In this document: positions 1 through 13,014 of the stretch, piece by piece
How positions within the stretch are numbered: the first letter of the stretch is position 1
Layout of the letters: the number at the start of each line of letters is the position of its first letter
Assembly (NCBI RefSeq): GCF_963921235.1
Contig: NC_086109.1
Span: 28,398,001-28,462,000 of the forward strand
Source: Mobula hypostoma
Lineage: Eukaryota
Reading direction: 5' to 3'
DNA length: 64,000 bases
Translations under genes and position numbers: made by a program
The notes under the pieces: generated by a model
Seen by the model: only the letters and a program-made list of their open reading frames with translations
Database searches by the model: none
What the model was told of the DNA's origin: nothing

Positions 1-666
1 GTTGGTATGTATTTACAAAATCATCTGTGTCCAGGGGATGAACTAGTCATTCCCAAAGTAGAGGCTTCTGATAGAAATATGTGATCACTGCCATGTTTTT
101 CATCATTTAAATGTCAATAGAAGGATTCTCTAGACATTGAATTCATTTTCTTCTGTTGAAATGGAGAAAGTGGTATCTGCATTTCCACAACTTGTAGAGA
201 ATTTTATTGGTTTGTTTAAACTTCTCAAGTTCCAGCTTTTCAATCTTTTCGATGACATGAATTTGTAAGTACGTTTGATCAAACAATATTTTAATAAAAT
301 CAACTGTATTTGGAATTAAAAATGTCCTCAAAGGAGAGGATTAACCAAAAAAGAAAACAGAATGTCTTAACTTGTCCCGGAAGTCCATAAAATGCACAAA
401 TATTTTGTGTGGAAAAAAATCCCAAGATCAGCCACAATAATGAATTGTAAGATAGTTCCAAGGGAATGAATTCCCTGATCCTGCTTCTTGGACTTATGGC
501 ATGAAGAAAGAAAATGACGGAAACGTTAGCAGGTCAGTCAGTATCTGTGGAAAGAAAAACAGAGTTAATGCTTCAACTCCATGACAGCTGTAAGTTACAA
601 AAATAGGTTTGGGGGCACAGAGGACAACCTGTGGTTGGGTGGGGCCAGACAAGAGAAAATCTATAG

Positions 667-1020
667 ACGCAAACATGAGGAAATCTGCAGATGCTGGAAT
701 TTCAAGCAACACACATAAAAGTTGCTGGTGAACGCAGCAGGCCAGGCAGCATCTATAGGAAGAGGTACAGTCGACGTTTCCTCCTTTGCCATGATCCTCT
801 CACCAGCAACTTTTATGAAAATCTACAGATGCTGGAAATCCAAGCAACGCACACAAAATGCTGGAGGAAATCAGCAGGCCAAGCAGCATCTATGGAAAAG
901 AGTACAGTCGATGGTTTGGGCCAAGACTCTTCAGCAGGATCTGAAGGGTCTCACCCCAAAATATCAACTGTGCTCTTTTCCATAGATGCTGTATGGCTGC
1001 TGAGTTCCTCCAGCATTTTT
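667..1020. mobile_element. Cluster of PLE terminal-repeat pieces: single arm 667-780, fold-back ~817-1020
   Basis: ctgcagatgctggaa..cagcaggccaggcagcatctat and its reverse complement. Confidence 0.8.
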
Positions 1021-1529
1021 CTGGGTGAGGCCAGGCAGCCATGGGTGGGGAAAGTGGGTGATTGATGGGTTTATGGGAATTATTCAGGCTTAGGGGCAAA
1101 AATATTGTGAAAAACGGATCAAGAAGCCATGCCCCTTTAAGTTGATAGTAATGGAGAGAAACTTGTTTCTTACTTCCACAAAAGGTGTCATAACTGCTGA
1201 GTGTTTCCAGCACTTATCATATTCATTTCAGGTTTTAATTTGAATGGATTTTTTTGTTTTTTATTCCTTGTGTCCTCCTGTCCTAGACCTTTCTCTCTGC
1301 ATCTCTAAATATAGAGAGAATGCCAATTGCGTATTTAAACTGAGTACAGCTGAGACAGAATTGTGTGAGCAATCAGAGAATGAAAATGGTGGTGTGGAAT
1401 CACAAATTGCTTGTTTTGATCAAATGAAAATGTGGAAATGAAAACCCATTTATAATATTTTGTATAATTACAAAAAGACGTGTTAACCAAATTAAGTAAA
1501 TTCAACCCAAACTATTGAACCCAGAATGT

Positions 1530-2290
1530 TACTGCACAGCACAGGCCCTTCATCCCACAATGTTGTACTGACAGTTTGCCCTACTCCACGATCAATCTAA
1601 TCTTACCCTTCCACAAAGCCAATAACTCTCCATTTTTCTCTACATCCATGTGCTTCTCTTACAGTCTCTTAAATATCCCTGTTGTAACAGAGCCCATCAC
1701 CACCTCTGGCAGTGCATGCCAGGCAACATACTCCATTTAAAAACACTACTTCTGACATCTCCCCTGAGCTTTCTTCAGTCACCCAAAACTGATGTCCTTT
1801 GGTATTGGTCATTGTTACCCTGGGAATAAAGGGCAATGGCTGCCCGATCTGTATATACCTGTCTCAATCTTATACACATCAATCAAGTTGCCTCTTATCA
1901 TTCTTCATTCCAAAGAGAAAACTATTACTCCACTCAGTATTTCTTTATACTCTACTCTACTCCATGTGACATTCTACTAGATCTCCTCTGTACCCCCTCT
2001 AAAGCTTCCATGTCCTTTCTCTAAGGGGGTGACCAGAACTGAACAGTATACTCCAAGTGTGTTTACTGAGTTTAGTTTTTTTACAGCTGCAACACATCCT
2101 CACGGCTCCTGAACTCAATCCCCTGATTAATGAAGACCAACACACCATATGCCTTTTTTCCTACCCTATTGACTTGTGGGGCAACACTTGCCTTGAAACC
2201 CAAGATGCCTCTGTTCCTCAGCACTGCTGAGAATCCTACCATTAACGCTGTATTCCACCTTTGTTTGATCTTCCAAAGTGTATCACCTCA
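1530..2290 (-). mobile_element. Old CR1 3' fragment
   Basis: Reverse of CR1 C-terminal sequence (gaccagaactgaacagtatactccaagtgtg) with a 3' UTR-type motif acagcacaggccctt. Confidence 0.8.
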
Positions 2291-2512
2291 CCCTTGCTTT
2301 TCATTTTAATTTGTACGCTGAGAAATAAAACAGTCAAACATTTCAATCTTGAAAAAGGATCTAGCGCTTTCATTCTTGACTCACAGACTAAAGCAATAAC
2401 TTGTCTTTCGAAAAATTGAGGAAGCAGACTTGAAGAAGACATAATTTTGGATGTCTCCAGTTAGAGGTATGCAATGCTCTAGCCTTTGAGTCATGCAATG
2501 GTATAATCACAT

Positions 2513-2903
2513 TGTTGTGTATTTAATATTTCAATAATATTTGAGTAATCCTGTATATGTACATATATAAACAACAGGAATTCTGCAGATGCTGGAAATT
2601 CAAGCAACATACATCAAAGTTACTGGTGAACGCAGCAGGCCAAGCAGCATCTATAGGAAGAGGTACAGTCGACGTTTCAGGCCGAGACCCTTCGTCAGGA
2701 CTAATATATATATGTTGTTTTATTAAGCATTCTTATTCACTTAAATAATTCATTATGGGTTATATGTATAAATATGTGAAGTGCATATGTCATCATGACA
2801 CCATGTGAAACATACGTGCCACACTTAAAAGTAAACACAAAGTTAGACCCAGACTCTCATGTCTTACTTGAATTAGTTTAATTGTAAGTTACAAAACATA
2901 GCA
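2513..2903. mobile_element. Solo LTR interrupted by a PLE terminal repeat
   Basis: TG...CA ends; 5-bp TSD CACAT at 2508-2512 and 2904-2908; PLE piece 2568-2702 sits in its TA-rich stretch. Confidence 0.75.
2667..2702 (-). ncRNA. Minimal type-I hammerhead ribozyme motif in a PLE terminal repeat
   Basis: Minus strand AGTC-CTGACGA-A-GGG-tctcgg-CCT-GAAA-CG-TC-GACT: stem I, conserved core, stem II, palindromic ACGT in place of stem III. Confidence 0.7.
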
Positions 2904-4644
2904 CACATATTATATTGTGAAAGTTGACTATATTTGACAACTTTGAACCCTCGTGGCAGACCAAAATTTGTAATAATAATCAAATCCCTCAAAATAGCAC
3001 TAACCCTGGAACTAAATGGTGATGGTGGACCAAAACAGTGCCAAAATAATTCACAACTGTATCTCATAGTCATTAAAAATTCAACACCTCATGGTACTCT
3101 GATCGGCTTTATTGAGTTTTCCTACAGTTGCTGCTGAAGAATGTCAAATGCATTTGCCAGATGTATCACTTTAGCAATAATTGGCCAAGAATCTGATGAT
3201 AACATTTTATTGAGGCATCTGCCGAAACATGTTGAAAGTTTCTACTACACAGTTTCATTTTAGAACCAAATATCTTTACACTGTTGTTAGAAATAACATG
3301 TTAAAATTAAAGCCTAGGTGTCCAGCATTGGAATTGTTTGTAAATAAGTGGTTATTGGCAGGCAAGTGCAATAGTTCTCTCAAGATTAGTGTAGATTTAA
3401 ATGCAGAATTCTGTAATACTGGTGTCATACAATGTGGAAACAGGACATTAGGCACAATGACCGGAGGCACTGATGGCCGGAGTAGGAAAGTGCAAATGAT
3501 GGTTAAAAGAAAGGGAAAATTCCTTGGAAAGTTTCAGCAAACATCCTTAGTTAAAGATGATAGGATGCTGCCTGGCCTGCTGAGTTCCTCCAGCATTTTG
3601 TGTGTGTTGCATAGGATACTCATAAATCAGATCTTTAAAATCAAGTTAATTCAGAAATGCTTTGACAGAGAAGGAAGTAACTGAATCTATCGTGCTCCTC
3701 GTAGAGAGGACTACTTAAACCGAATACCCTGCTTTTCTCCCTATGGGCCGACACAATTATTTTCCATAAACTGCCAAAATAATTTCCTTGAGATCTTTGA
3801 TTAACCACATTTTAGTTAGTTACTGAACATGACTGATTAACATTACACTGCTGCCATTCCAGTCATAGTTTTGCACTCATGTTGAATTTGCGTTTCATCT
3901 GTTAATTCTATAGTCTTTTTGTTTCATTCATCCAAATTTAATAATTAGGCACATACTTTAGGCAACATTTTGATATTTTGGACACTAAATCCTGAGGGGC
4001 TGCATATCATTCCTATTGCTGCTTCCTGCTTGTTTTAAATAAAATAATTTAAGAACTGTTGTATAAATGTTGAGTCAGATTAAAGTAAACAATCTAAATT
4101 AGAAGAACTGAGTCCCTTTAAACCCATGATTTAAATCACCTGATGGAAAACCTTTTGAAATTCAAGAAGTAATGGATCCTTATAATAAAATTATGATGTT
4201 CAAAGGTTTAATCCATAAAGACCTACTCCCAATTTAAAATCCTCTCTCTATTTAACTCATAGTACCTGACAAGGAACATAACTTAAGCAATTAAGTTTAT
4301 GGTACTGGTTTGGGTTGTTAAATTTTTCAGTCTTTGGTTTTACAGTCCCTCTGGCTGCTCGAAATGTAAGAACATACAGGACTTCCTTTAAGGTTAAAAC
4401 TTTCATTGCTGTCTGAACATTGAATGATATAGAGCAGAAGGAGATGATTCGGTCCCATTTATCTGTGCTGGCTCTTTATAAGGCCAATTCAATTAGATGC
4501 ACAATTCCCTCCTTTCCCTTTAGCCTTTTGTTTTATTTCTGCTTTTGTTACCTTTTTAAGAAGTTATCCATCACTCGAACCCTGTTTCTAAGAGGCTGGG
4601 CTCATGAAGTTCAGTTTAAGCTTAATCATGGAGGGTGGAGCTTA

Positions 4645-5445
4645 GAATGATGGCGCCTTTCAATTACCCCTTTGCTTCCATCTTCGGAAACAGCTCTATT
4701 TCTATCTTTATTATCTCTTTTTTTACCTTTTCAGGGTTCTTTTGAAAACCCTGACCTGGAGTTACATGCTGACTTTGATTCTTTGCGGAAATCGGACCCG
4801 CTGTCAGGGTCTCGTGACCGGCCGCTTTTCGATATGCCAAGGGCACAGCCTGGAAGACTAGTGTGTCTTCAGGGTGCCAGATTTTCGTGGTTCTGGAGGC
4901 GGGCGGACTCAGGCCAGTGCCACCGCCTAGTGCATTGTGGCAAATGGAAGATCAAAAGAAGTGGGCTGGCTGCTGGCTGTGTGCCCAGAACACGAGTCTT
5001 TCAGGCACAGAACTTGGAAAAAGCGACGTAACAGACTTTTAATCGACGAATTGTCTTGTGATGTCTCCCCTCTCGCTGTGAAATGGGGACATCTCTTTTT
5101 CCCTTATTGGGGAGAGAGAGGGAGAGAGAGCACCTGTGGTATGTGGAACTACCGGGTGAATGAGTAGGCTTTGGGTTACTGCAAGTCTTTGTCTTCATTG
5201 ATGCTTAGTGGCACGCTTGAGTGCTCGGTGGGGCGGTGCCGATGCTTTTTTTTTGCTGGTGGGGGAAGGGGGATCGTTGCTTTGCTGCTATTTACACGTG
5301 GGAGGGGGCTTTGGGGTGCTAACATTTAACTGTCTTTCATTCTTTGGGGCACTTATCAGTTTTCGTGGATGTTTACGAAGAAAAATAATTTCAGGATGTA
5401 TATTGTATACCTTTCTCTGACATTAAATGTACCTATTGAAACCAA
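4645..5445 (+). mobile_element. Unclassified ~0.8-kb non-coding interspersed repeat, copy 1
   Basis: Starts near gatggcgcc, ends ctgacattaaatgtacc..ttgaa; homologous to 43890-44618, 41295-41945 and 49685-50480. Confidence 0.85.
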
Positions 5446-6309
5446 TTGAGATAAGATCTGTTTCAATGTTTAAGGCCTGGGCCATTGACAGGTCTTGCTT
5501 GCATTATAGAACTTTGATACCAGTGATGTTGAAATAAGTCTTGTACATAATCAAACATCTCTCCGCTTGTCCCGTGGTCTCTGTCTGCATACACGCGGTA
5601 TGAAAGACCTAAACAATTTCAAAAGTGTGCCACTGCCACAAAATGTACATAATTTCATTCAGCAGAGAGATTTAACAGGTTGAACCTGTAAATTAATACC
5701 GCAAATTATATTTTTGCCTTGTTGAAACTTCATGCGCTAAATTCAGGTTAGAGCACCTTTAAACCTTTCACTTCTATCACCTGATGGTAAACCAGTTTGA
5801 AGTTTGTGAAATACATCCTCAAATTGAAGTCAGTAGTTAAACTGAATGCCGGACAACCAAAGAACCAATGATGAATCAAATCCCTTAAGATTGACTTACA
5901 TAAACACACATTCCTTACTAGTGACAGAAACCCAGAATGCAGGATATGCCAGAGGGTATGTCTGTCTCATCAGTAACCTGTGGAAGACCCTTTGTTGGAG
6001 AGATATCGGAAAGCTGTGGAATGAGTATGATCGAGCATACCTAGGTATCCATATCTCATTAACTTGGAGTACCTCCAGGGCGCATACATGGTTGTTTGAA
6101 GTGATTGACACCTACAGAATTGAAACCTTTTGATGCATTCATCAATCAGAATAATCATTTGAATAAAAAAGAAATTTTCTCTGAATATCAAAGAATATAG
6201 AAACGGACAGATCATGCTAACCTTGCCACTGATACATATAAAATCCTATATTCCACTGAATGTAAAACCTTAATATTTGATCGGTTAACAAAATACTGGA
6301 CACAAAATT

Positions 6310-7020
6310 GTGTGCAGTGGAATAATGGGATCTAGGAATACAGATCCATAATTTCTTGAAAGTGGTGTCGCAGGTAGATAGGGCCATAAAGAGAGCTTTT
6401 GGTACATTGGTCTTTATAAATCAAAGCATTGAGTGCATGGGACAGGATGTTATGCTGAAGTTGTATAAGATATTAGTGAGGCTGTATTTGGAATATTGTA
6501 TGCAGTTTTGGTCACCTACCTATAGGAAAGATGCCAGTGAGCTTGAAAAAAATTGCAAAGGGATGTTGCTGGCTCTTGAGGACCTGAGTTATAGGGAAAT
6601 GTTGAATAGATTAGGATTCTATTCCCTGGAGCATAGTAGGATGAGGGGAGACCTTATAGAGGTAATCAAATTTATGGGGGGGTGGAGTAGAAATAGGGTA
6701 GAAATAAGGTAAATACGTGCAGGCTTTCGTCCTTGAGTCTGGGTGAGACTAGTACCAGAGGTCATAGTCTAAGGTGAAAAGTGTAATATTTAAGGAAAAC
6801 CTGTAGGGAGGACATCTTCACTGAGAGGGCATTGTTAGTGGAAGTGGTGGATGCGGGTTCAACTGCAACAGTTAAGAGAAGTTTGGATAGGTACATGATG
6901 GAAAGGTATGGAAGGCTATGGTCCAGGTACAGGTAGATGGGACGAAGCAGAAAAACAGGTCTGCACAGACTAGGTAGGGCAAAGGTCCTTTTTCTGTGCT
7001 GTAGTGTTCTATTGCACCAT
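6310..7020 (+). mobile_element. Old CR1 3' fragment
   Basis: ORF 6356-6712 LYKILVRLYLEYCMQFWSPTY..RMRGDLIEV. Confidence 0.85.
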
Positions 7021-7239
7021 GACTCTTCGGAGGAACTCAGCACATCATATAACTCTAGAGGGAAATGGACAGTCAATGTTTTGGGTTATTAATTGCACTC
7101 CACAGTTGCTGCCAGTTCCACTGAGGCATTTGATCCAGCATTTTTATGTTCCTGCATTTATAGGTACATTCCAATCATTAACTCTTCTCTATCCTCCCAT
7201 TGGGCAGAAGATACGAAAGCTTGATCATCACCAGGCTTA

Positions 7240-7610
7240 AAGACCATAAGACAATGAGACCTAGGGGCTTATTTAGGCCTTTTGGCCCATCGAGTCTGCT
7301 CTGCCATTCCATTATGGCTGATTTGTTATCCCTCTCAACCTCAGTCTCCTGCCTTCTCCCGGTGATTTTGACATGTTGATTAACCAAGAAACTATCATCC
7401 TCCACCTTAAGTATACCCAATAACTTGACCTGCACAACCTTCTGAGGCAAAGAAATCCACAGAGTCACCATCCTCTGGCTAAAGAGATTTTTCCTCATAT
7501 CTATTCTAAATGGGCATCCCTATATTTTGAGGCTGTGTCTTCTGGTCCTAGGGTCCCTCACTATAGGAAACATCCTTTCCACATCTACTCTATCTAGATC
7601 TTTCACTATT
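7240..7610 (-). mobile_element. Old CR1 3' end
   Basis: ORF 7178-7498 MRKNLFSQRMVTLWISLP; CR1 3' UTR. Confidence 0.85.
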
Positions 7611-7779
7611 CATCCATGATTTGGAGATGCGCTCAAGAGCATATCGCCAATCTCTAACTGCACTACAAAATCAGCTACCTTATTCCATATACTGCATGCA
7701 CTCAAATATAACACTTTCACTCCTGCATTCATCACCCTTTTTGATTCCCCCCCCCTTGTTACACTTTAATTTATCACAC

Positions 7780-8140
7780 TGACTACAATTTTGTCCTCTC
7801 ATCTGCCTGTCCTTCCTCACAGTGCCACTGCACACTGCATTTACTTGTACACCAAATGCTTCATCCTCAGCCCTATCACTTTGGTTTCCATCCCCCTGCC
7901 AAATTAGTTTAAACCCTCCCTAGCATATCTCGCAAACCAGCCCACGAAGTTATTGTTTCCCCTTGTGGTCAGCTGTAACCCATCCTTTTTGTACAGGTCA
8001 TACCTTCCCCAGAAGAGATCCCAATGATCTAGATATCTGAATCCCTGCACCTTGTGCCAATTCTGCAGCCATGCATTCATCTGCCAAATCAACCTATACT
8101 TACCCTCATTTGCACATGGCACAGGCTGCAATCCAGAGAT
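7780..8140 (-). mobile_element. CR1 ORF1 esterase fragment from an older subfamily
   Basis: ORF 7904-8131 NAWLQNW..QGFRYLDHWDLFWGRYDLYKKDGLQL parallels ORF1 at 54364-55029. Confidence 0.85.
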
Positions 8141-8379
8141 TTGGCCAAGCTCTTTTTAAACCTCGTGGTATGTCACCAATGAATAACCTCTTGCGCTGCT
8201 GATCAAATTTGCAGATGACATGACATTGATTGGCCTTATTTCTAGTGGTGACTAGACAACCTACGGGGAAGAGGTTAACACCCTGACACAGTGGTGCCAA
8301 GATAACAACCTCCCCTCAATGTCTAAAAAACCAAAGAACTGATCATGGAGGAATGGAGTCCTGCTCCTCCAGATCAACA

Positions 8380-8652
8380 TCACAGTTTTAAGGTGCTTGG
8401 AAGTAGGTACAGAGGAGATGTCAGGGATAAGTTTTTTATGCAGAGAGTGGCGAGTGCGTTGGATGGGCTGCCGGTGATGGTGGTGGACGCGGATATGATA
8501 GGGTCTTTTAAGAGACTGTTGGATAGGTACATGAAGCTCAGAAAAATAGAGGGCTATGGGTAACCCTAGGTAATTTCTAAAGTAAGTACAGGTTCAGCAC
8601 AGCATTGTAGGCCGAAGGGCCTGTATTGTGCTGTGGGTTTTCTAAGTTTCTA
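8380..8652 (+). mobile_element. CR1 3' end nested in a Rex1-type RT fragment (~8180-8760)
   Basis: HSFKVLGSRYRGDVRDKFFMQRV; the upstream flank encodes KFADD (aaatttgcagatgaca) and WCQDNNL. Confidence 0.7.
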
Positions 8653-10689
8653 GGACTGCCACCCACTGAGAAAGAAATCTTCTGCCCCTCTATTACAAAT
8701 CTCCTGAATGGGCCCCTTAGACGATAAAGAAGGAGACTTACCTTACAATCTACCAAGGCCATTATTATCTACCTGCTCTACATTATTATATTCTCTATTC
8801 TGTATTGGTTTCCCCTATACAGTGATTTGAGTGATTTGGCTCTTCACTTCTGGGATGTCGACATGGAAGTTCTACAAGGTCTAACTGGCACTTAACCTCA
8901 GTCAGCGAATTGCTGAGTTTCTGTCCCCAGAACGTCCTGAGAGGATTTTACATTGGGTTAGGTTGTGCATGAATCCTCTTCTGTGATCAAAGCTGAGAGC
9001 TTTTTTTTAAACGTTCTTGATATGCAAGGTACTTTTGAGGGCATTTTTAATAATTTTAAAGTTAATTATTTAACACGCTTTTAATAGTTTTTAAATGTCT
9101 TGACATTTTAAAGCTATTATTCAGTGTGATAAATAATTAACATTCAAAAATATTTAAAATATTCTCAAATAAAAGAAAATAAAATTGATTCACAAACCAT
9201 TTAAACACATAGAAATAATTGATGATGTTATGATATGTAGAGAAAAATGTAACTTTCATTTTCCTCCAAATCTTCAGACCAGGAAATCTCATTCAAACAA
9301 ATAGGGATTAGCAAATTTATTCTAGTCTGCCTGGAGTTAGAATTCTCAATGTGCAGACCATTTAGATCTTGTGAATGGACTCCATTTGGAGTCTAGGATC
9401 AGAGTAGAGTGGCAGATGTACCAGTATCTGCTACTCAGCTCCACCCAGTCTGACAGTGTGACTATGTCCGGGATATGCTTTCCTTAAAGTGGCTGAACTC
9501 CTCTTGCTTTCCTCTATAACACTTATCCTATACTGTGAAATTTGGCATTCATGTAAAAATTCAATGGGTCACCTAAATCAATAAAAAAATGACCATTGAA
9601 ATTTTAGATAAATGCCAAATTTCAGAAATAAACTGCAGTATGGCTATTATATGCAATAATGTTTTGCATCAGTCCTGTACTACATATAATTCGGAACATT
9701 TAATATTGGGAGTAATAGAAGGAAGCATGTTGTGTTTCTTACTTTAACTTACTCAGCATGGGTTAAGTTCCTGCCTTATTAACTGGAATGCATGACTGGT
9801 GAGCCTGATATTGATAAAATGATGGATGGAATGCATTGAACCTAACATTTAAAAAGCAGAACTCCTTCATCTGGTAACTTTAGGTTTTATGGCAGGCAAA
9901 ATCAGAGCTAATGTTGTGCTTCATCCAAGTTTTTCATTTCCATGCAGGAAATTTGTGCGTAATCCTATATGACTAAGCAAGAAGTACTTTCTCCCAAACT
10001 GTACACTGTGATTAAACATGAAACATGACATTTCCTCCTTAAAATAGTAAGGCTTAAGAATATGGAAATCAATCTAACCAAGTGAAAATATCCTCAAGTA
10101 GCCATGGTTACGTAACTTTTCAGCTTGTTCTCAGTACATGGAATTTTTGAATTAAATGAAAACAATTTTAGAAATGGAAGTAATATGGTAACATTCTCAA
10201 ATTACCATTATACTTTCAAATGCTCCAAATTATGGAGTGGAATTTTGTGGTTATTTATCTGATTTCACTTTTGAATAAGTACTTCAGATTATTTGTTTGT
10301 ACCAATTACAGAAGGAATTCGTACAGGATAATGATTTGCGATAGTCTCAAGGGAGGCTAAAAAATAAATAGAATTTGCTTTAAAATAATTATTTCGCATT
10401 TTAATTTGTTTTAATGAATGTATTATATTCTGATATTTTTACATTTTAATACTTCTCACGTGATTCTGTAGGGTAGTGAAAGACGATGTTCACAAAATTT
10501 CAATTTTGCTGATAGTTTTTACAGCCAGTGGGCTGGAGGGAGGGTTTTTCTGCTTTGAAGACCATTCTTGGAGTGTAGCCAAGAGTTTACACTAGGAGAG
10601 TGCTGGCCATTACTAGGGCATGATCTGTTCTCATAGTGAAAGGGTGAGTGGGAACTTGTCTGAGTGGTCCATAAGTTTGTAAGACTTTA

Positions 10690-11840
10690 GACATAGGAGC
10701 AAAATTAAGCCATTTGGCCCAATGGGTCTGCTCTGTAACTTAATCATAGCTGATTTATTTTCCCTCTCACCCTCACTTTCCTGCCTTCTGTCCATAACCT
10801 TTGAAGCCTTCACTAAGTAAGAACCTATCAACCTCCGCTTTAAATATTCTCAATGACTTAACCTTGACAGCTGTCTGTGGCAATAAATTCCATAAATTCA
10901 CCATCCTCTGGCTAAAGAAAATCCTCCTCATCTCTGTTCTAAAGTGACATCTTCTATGCTTTCTGGTTCTAGACACTCCCACTATTGGAAACATTCTCTC
11001 TGTGTTCATTCTATCCAGTCGTTTCAGAATTTGGAGGATTTCAATTGGATCCCCCCTCCTCCCTCATTCTTCTGAACTTCAGCAATTACAAGTCCAGGGC
11101 CATCAAATGTTCCTCGTACATTATTGCTCCTGGGGTCACTCTCATAAACCTTCTCTGGACCCCCTCCAATGCCAGCACATTCTTTCTTAGCTATGTGGCC
11201 CAAAGCTGCTCACAATACTCCAAATGCAGTCTGACCAAAGCGTTGTAAAGCCGAAGCATTCTATCCTTGCTTTTATATTCTAGTTCTCTCAACATAAATG
11301 GTAACATTACATTTGCCTTCCTAACAACTGACTCAGCCTGCAAGTTAATTATTAGGGAATCCTGCACTTGGACTCCCAAGCCCCTTAGCATCTCCAACTT
11401 ATGAATTCGCTTCCCAATTAGGAGGTAGTCTACACCTTTACTCCTTCTACAAAAATGCACGATCATACAATTTCCTACACTGTATTCCATCTGCTATTTT
11501 GCTATCCTTCAAATATGTCCAAGTCTTTTTGCAGACCCCCTACTTCCTGAATATTACCTGCACCTCCACTTATCCTTATATTGTCTGCAAACAAAGCCAT
11601 CAATTCTATCATCCAGATCATTGACATATAACGTGAAAAGTTGCAGACCTAACACTGACCCCAGTGGATCACCACTAGTCTCTGGCAGTCAAACAGAAAA
11701 GGCCCCTTTTATTCCCATGCTTTGCCTTCTGTCCATGGTTTTATCTTTCCTATAATATTATCTCTTATCTTGTTTAGCAGCTTCATGTGCAGCACCTTGT
11801 CAAAGGCCTTCTGAAAATCCAAGTAAACAACATCCACTTG
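10690..11840 (-). mobile_element. Old CR1 RT/3' fragment
   Basis: ORFs 11191-11490 (LYNALVRLHLEYCEQLW) and 10773-11009 (FFSQRMVNLWNLLP). Confidence 0.85.
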
Positions 11841-12910
11841 ACAGGGGGGATGTGGAGAGGATATTTCCTCTTGTGGGAGAACTTCGAACTTGAGTGGTTG
11901 CCCGGCTCAGACAGAGATAAGGTGAATTTTACTTTTAGAAACATAGAAACATAGAAAATAGGTGCAGGAGTAGGCCATTCGGCCCTTCGAGCCTGCACCG
12001 CCATTTATTATGATCATGGCTGATCATCCAACTCAGAACCCAGCCTTCCCTCCATACCCCCTGACCCCTGTAGCCACAAGGGCCATATCTAACTTCCTTT
12101 TAAACATAGCTAATGAACTGGCCTCAACAGTTTGCTGTGGCAGAGAATTCCACAGATTCACCACTCTCTGTGTGAAGAAGTTTTTCCTAACCTCGGTCCT
12201 AAAAGGCTTCCCCTCTATCCTCAAACTGTGACCCCTCGTTCTAGACCTCCCCAACATCGGGAACAATCTTCCTGCATCTAGCCTGTCCAATCCCTTTAGG
12301 ATCTTATACGTTTCAATCAGATCCCCCCTCAATCTTCTAAATTCCAACGAGTACAAGCCCAGTTCATCCAGTCTTTCTTCATATGAAAGACCTGCCATCC
12401 CAGGAATCAATCTGGTGAACCTTCTTTGTACTCCCTCTATGGCAAAGATGTCTTTCCTCAGATTAGGGGACCAAAACTGCACACAATACTCCAGGTGTGG
12501 TCTCACCAAGGCCTTGTACAACTGCAGTAGTACCTCCCTGCTCCTGTACTCGAATCCTCTCGCTATAAATGCCAGCATACCGTTCGCCTTTTTCACCGCC
12601 TGCTGTACCTGCATGCCCACTTTCAATGACTGGTGTATAATGACACCCAGGTCTCGTTGCACCTCCCCTTTTCCTAATCGGCCACCATTCAGATAATTCA
12701 GAATTCAGATTCTCGTAGGGAACTGTGAGTTTGGAGCTCTTTCCCACAAAGGAGGCAGAAACAAATTCTTTGAATAGTGATAAAGCAGAAGTATATTCTT
12801 GATAAGCAACAGAGTGAGGCAGACTTAAGTTTAGAAACAGATCAGTCACAATATTATTAAATAACTGAACAGACTCGAGGACTGAGTGGCCTGCTCCATT
12901 GATTCCCATA
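11841..12910 (+). mobile_element. Old CR1 3' remnant split by the young CR1 insertion
   Basis: Degenerate CR1 3' sequence before 11936 (tgtggagaggatatttcctcttgtgggaga..cagacagagataagg) resumes after 12697 and ends in cagatcagtcac..ctcgaggactgagtggcctgctcc. Confidence 0.65.
11936..12697 (-). mobile_element. Young CR1 3' fragment
   Basis: ORF 12033-12662 matches the ORF2 C-terminus; same 3' UTR and tail. Confidence 0.95.
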
Positions 12911-13014
12911 TACTGATACAGATCAGTTCCATTTGCAAGTAGAATAGTCAGTTCATTTATATCTTCTGAAGGTGCTGGATTCATGAAAAGGGTTTTGATC
13001 TGTGCTTCTTATAG

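Noticed and set aside
691..1065. Recurrent short ORFs such as SIDAAWPAEFLQHFVCV and MLEELSRPGSI
   Set aside because: Translations of the non-coding PLE terminal repeat found many times in the window
12463..12984. 173-aa minus ORF
   Set aside because: Chance read-through across the old-CR1/young-CR1 junction in a non-coding frame
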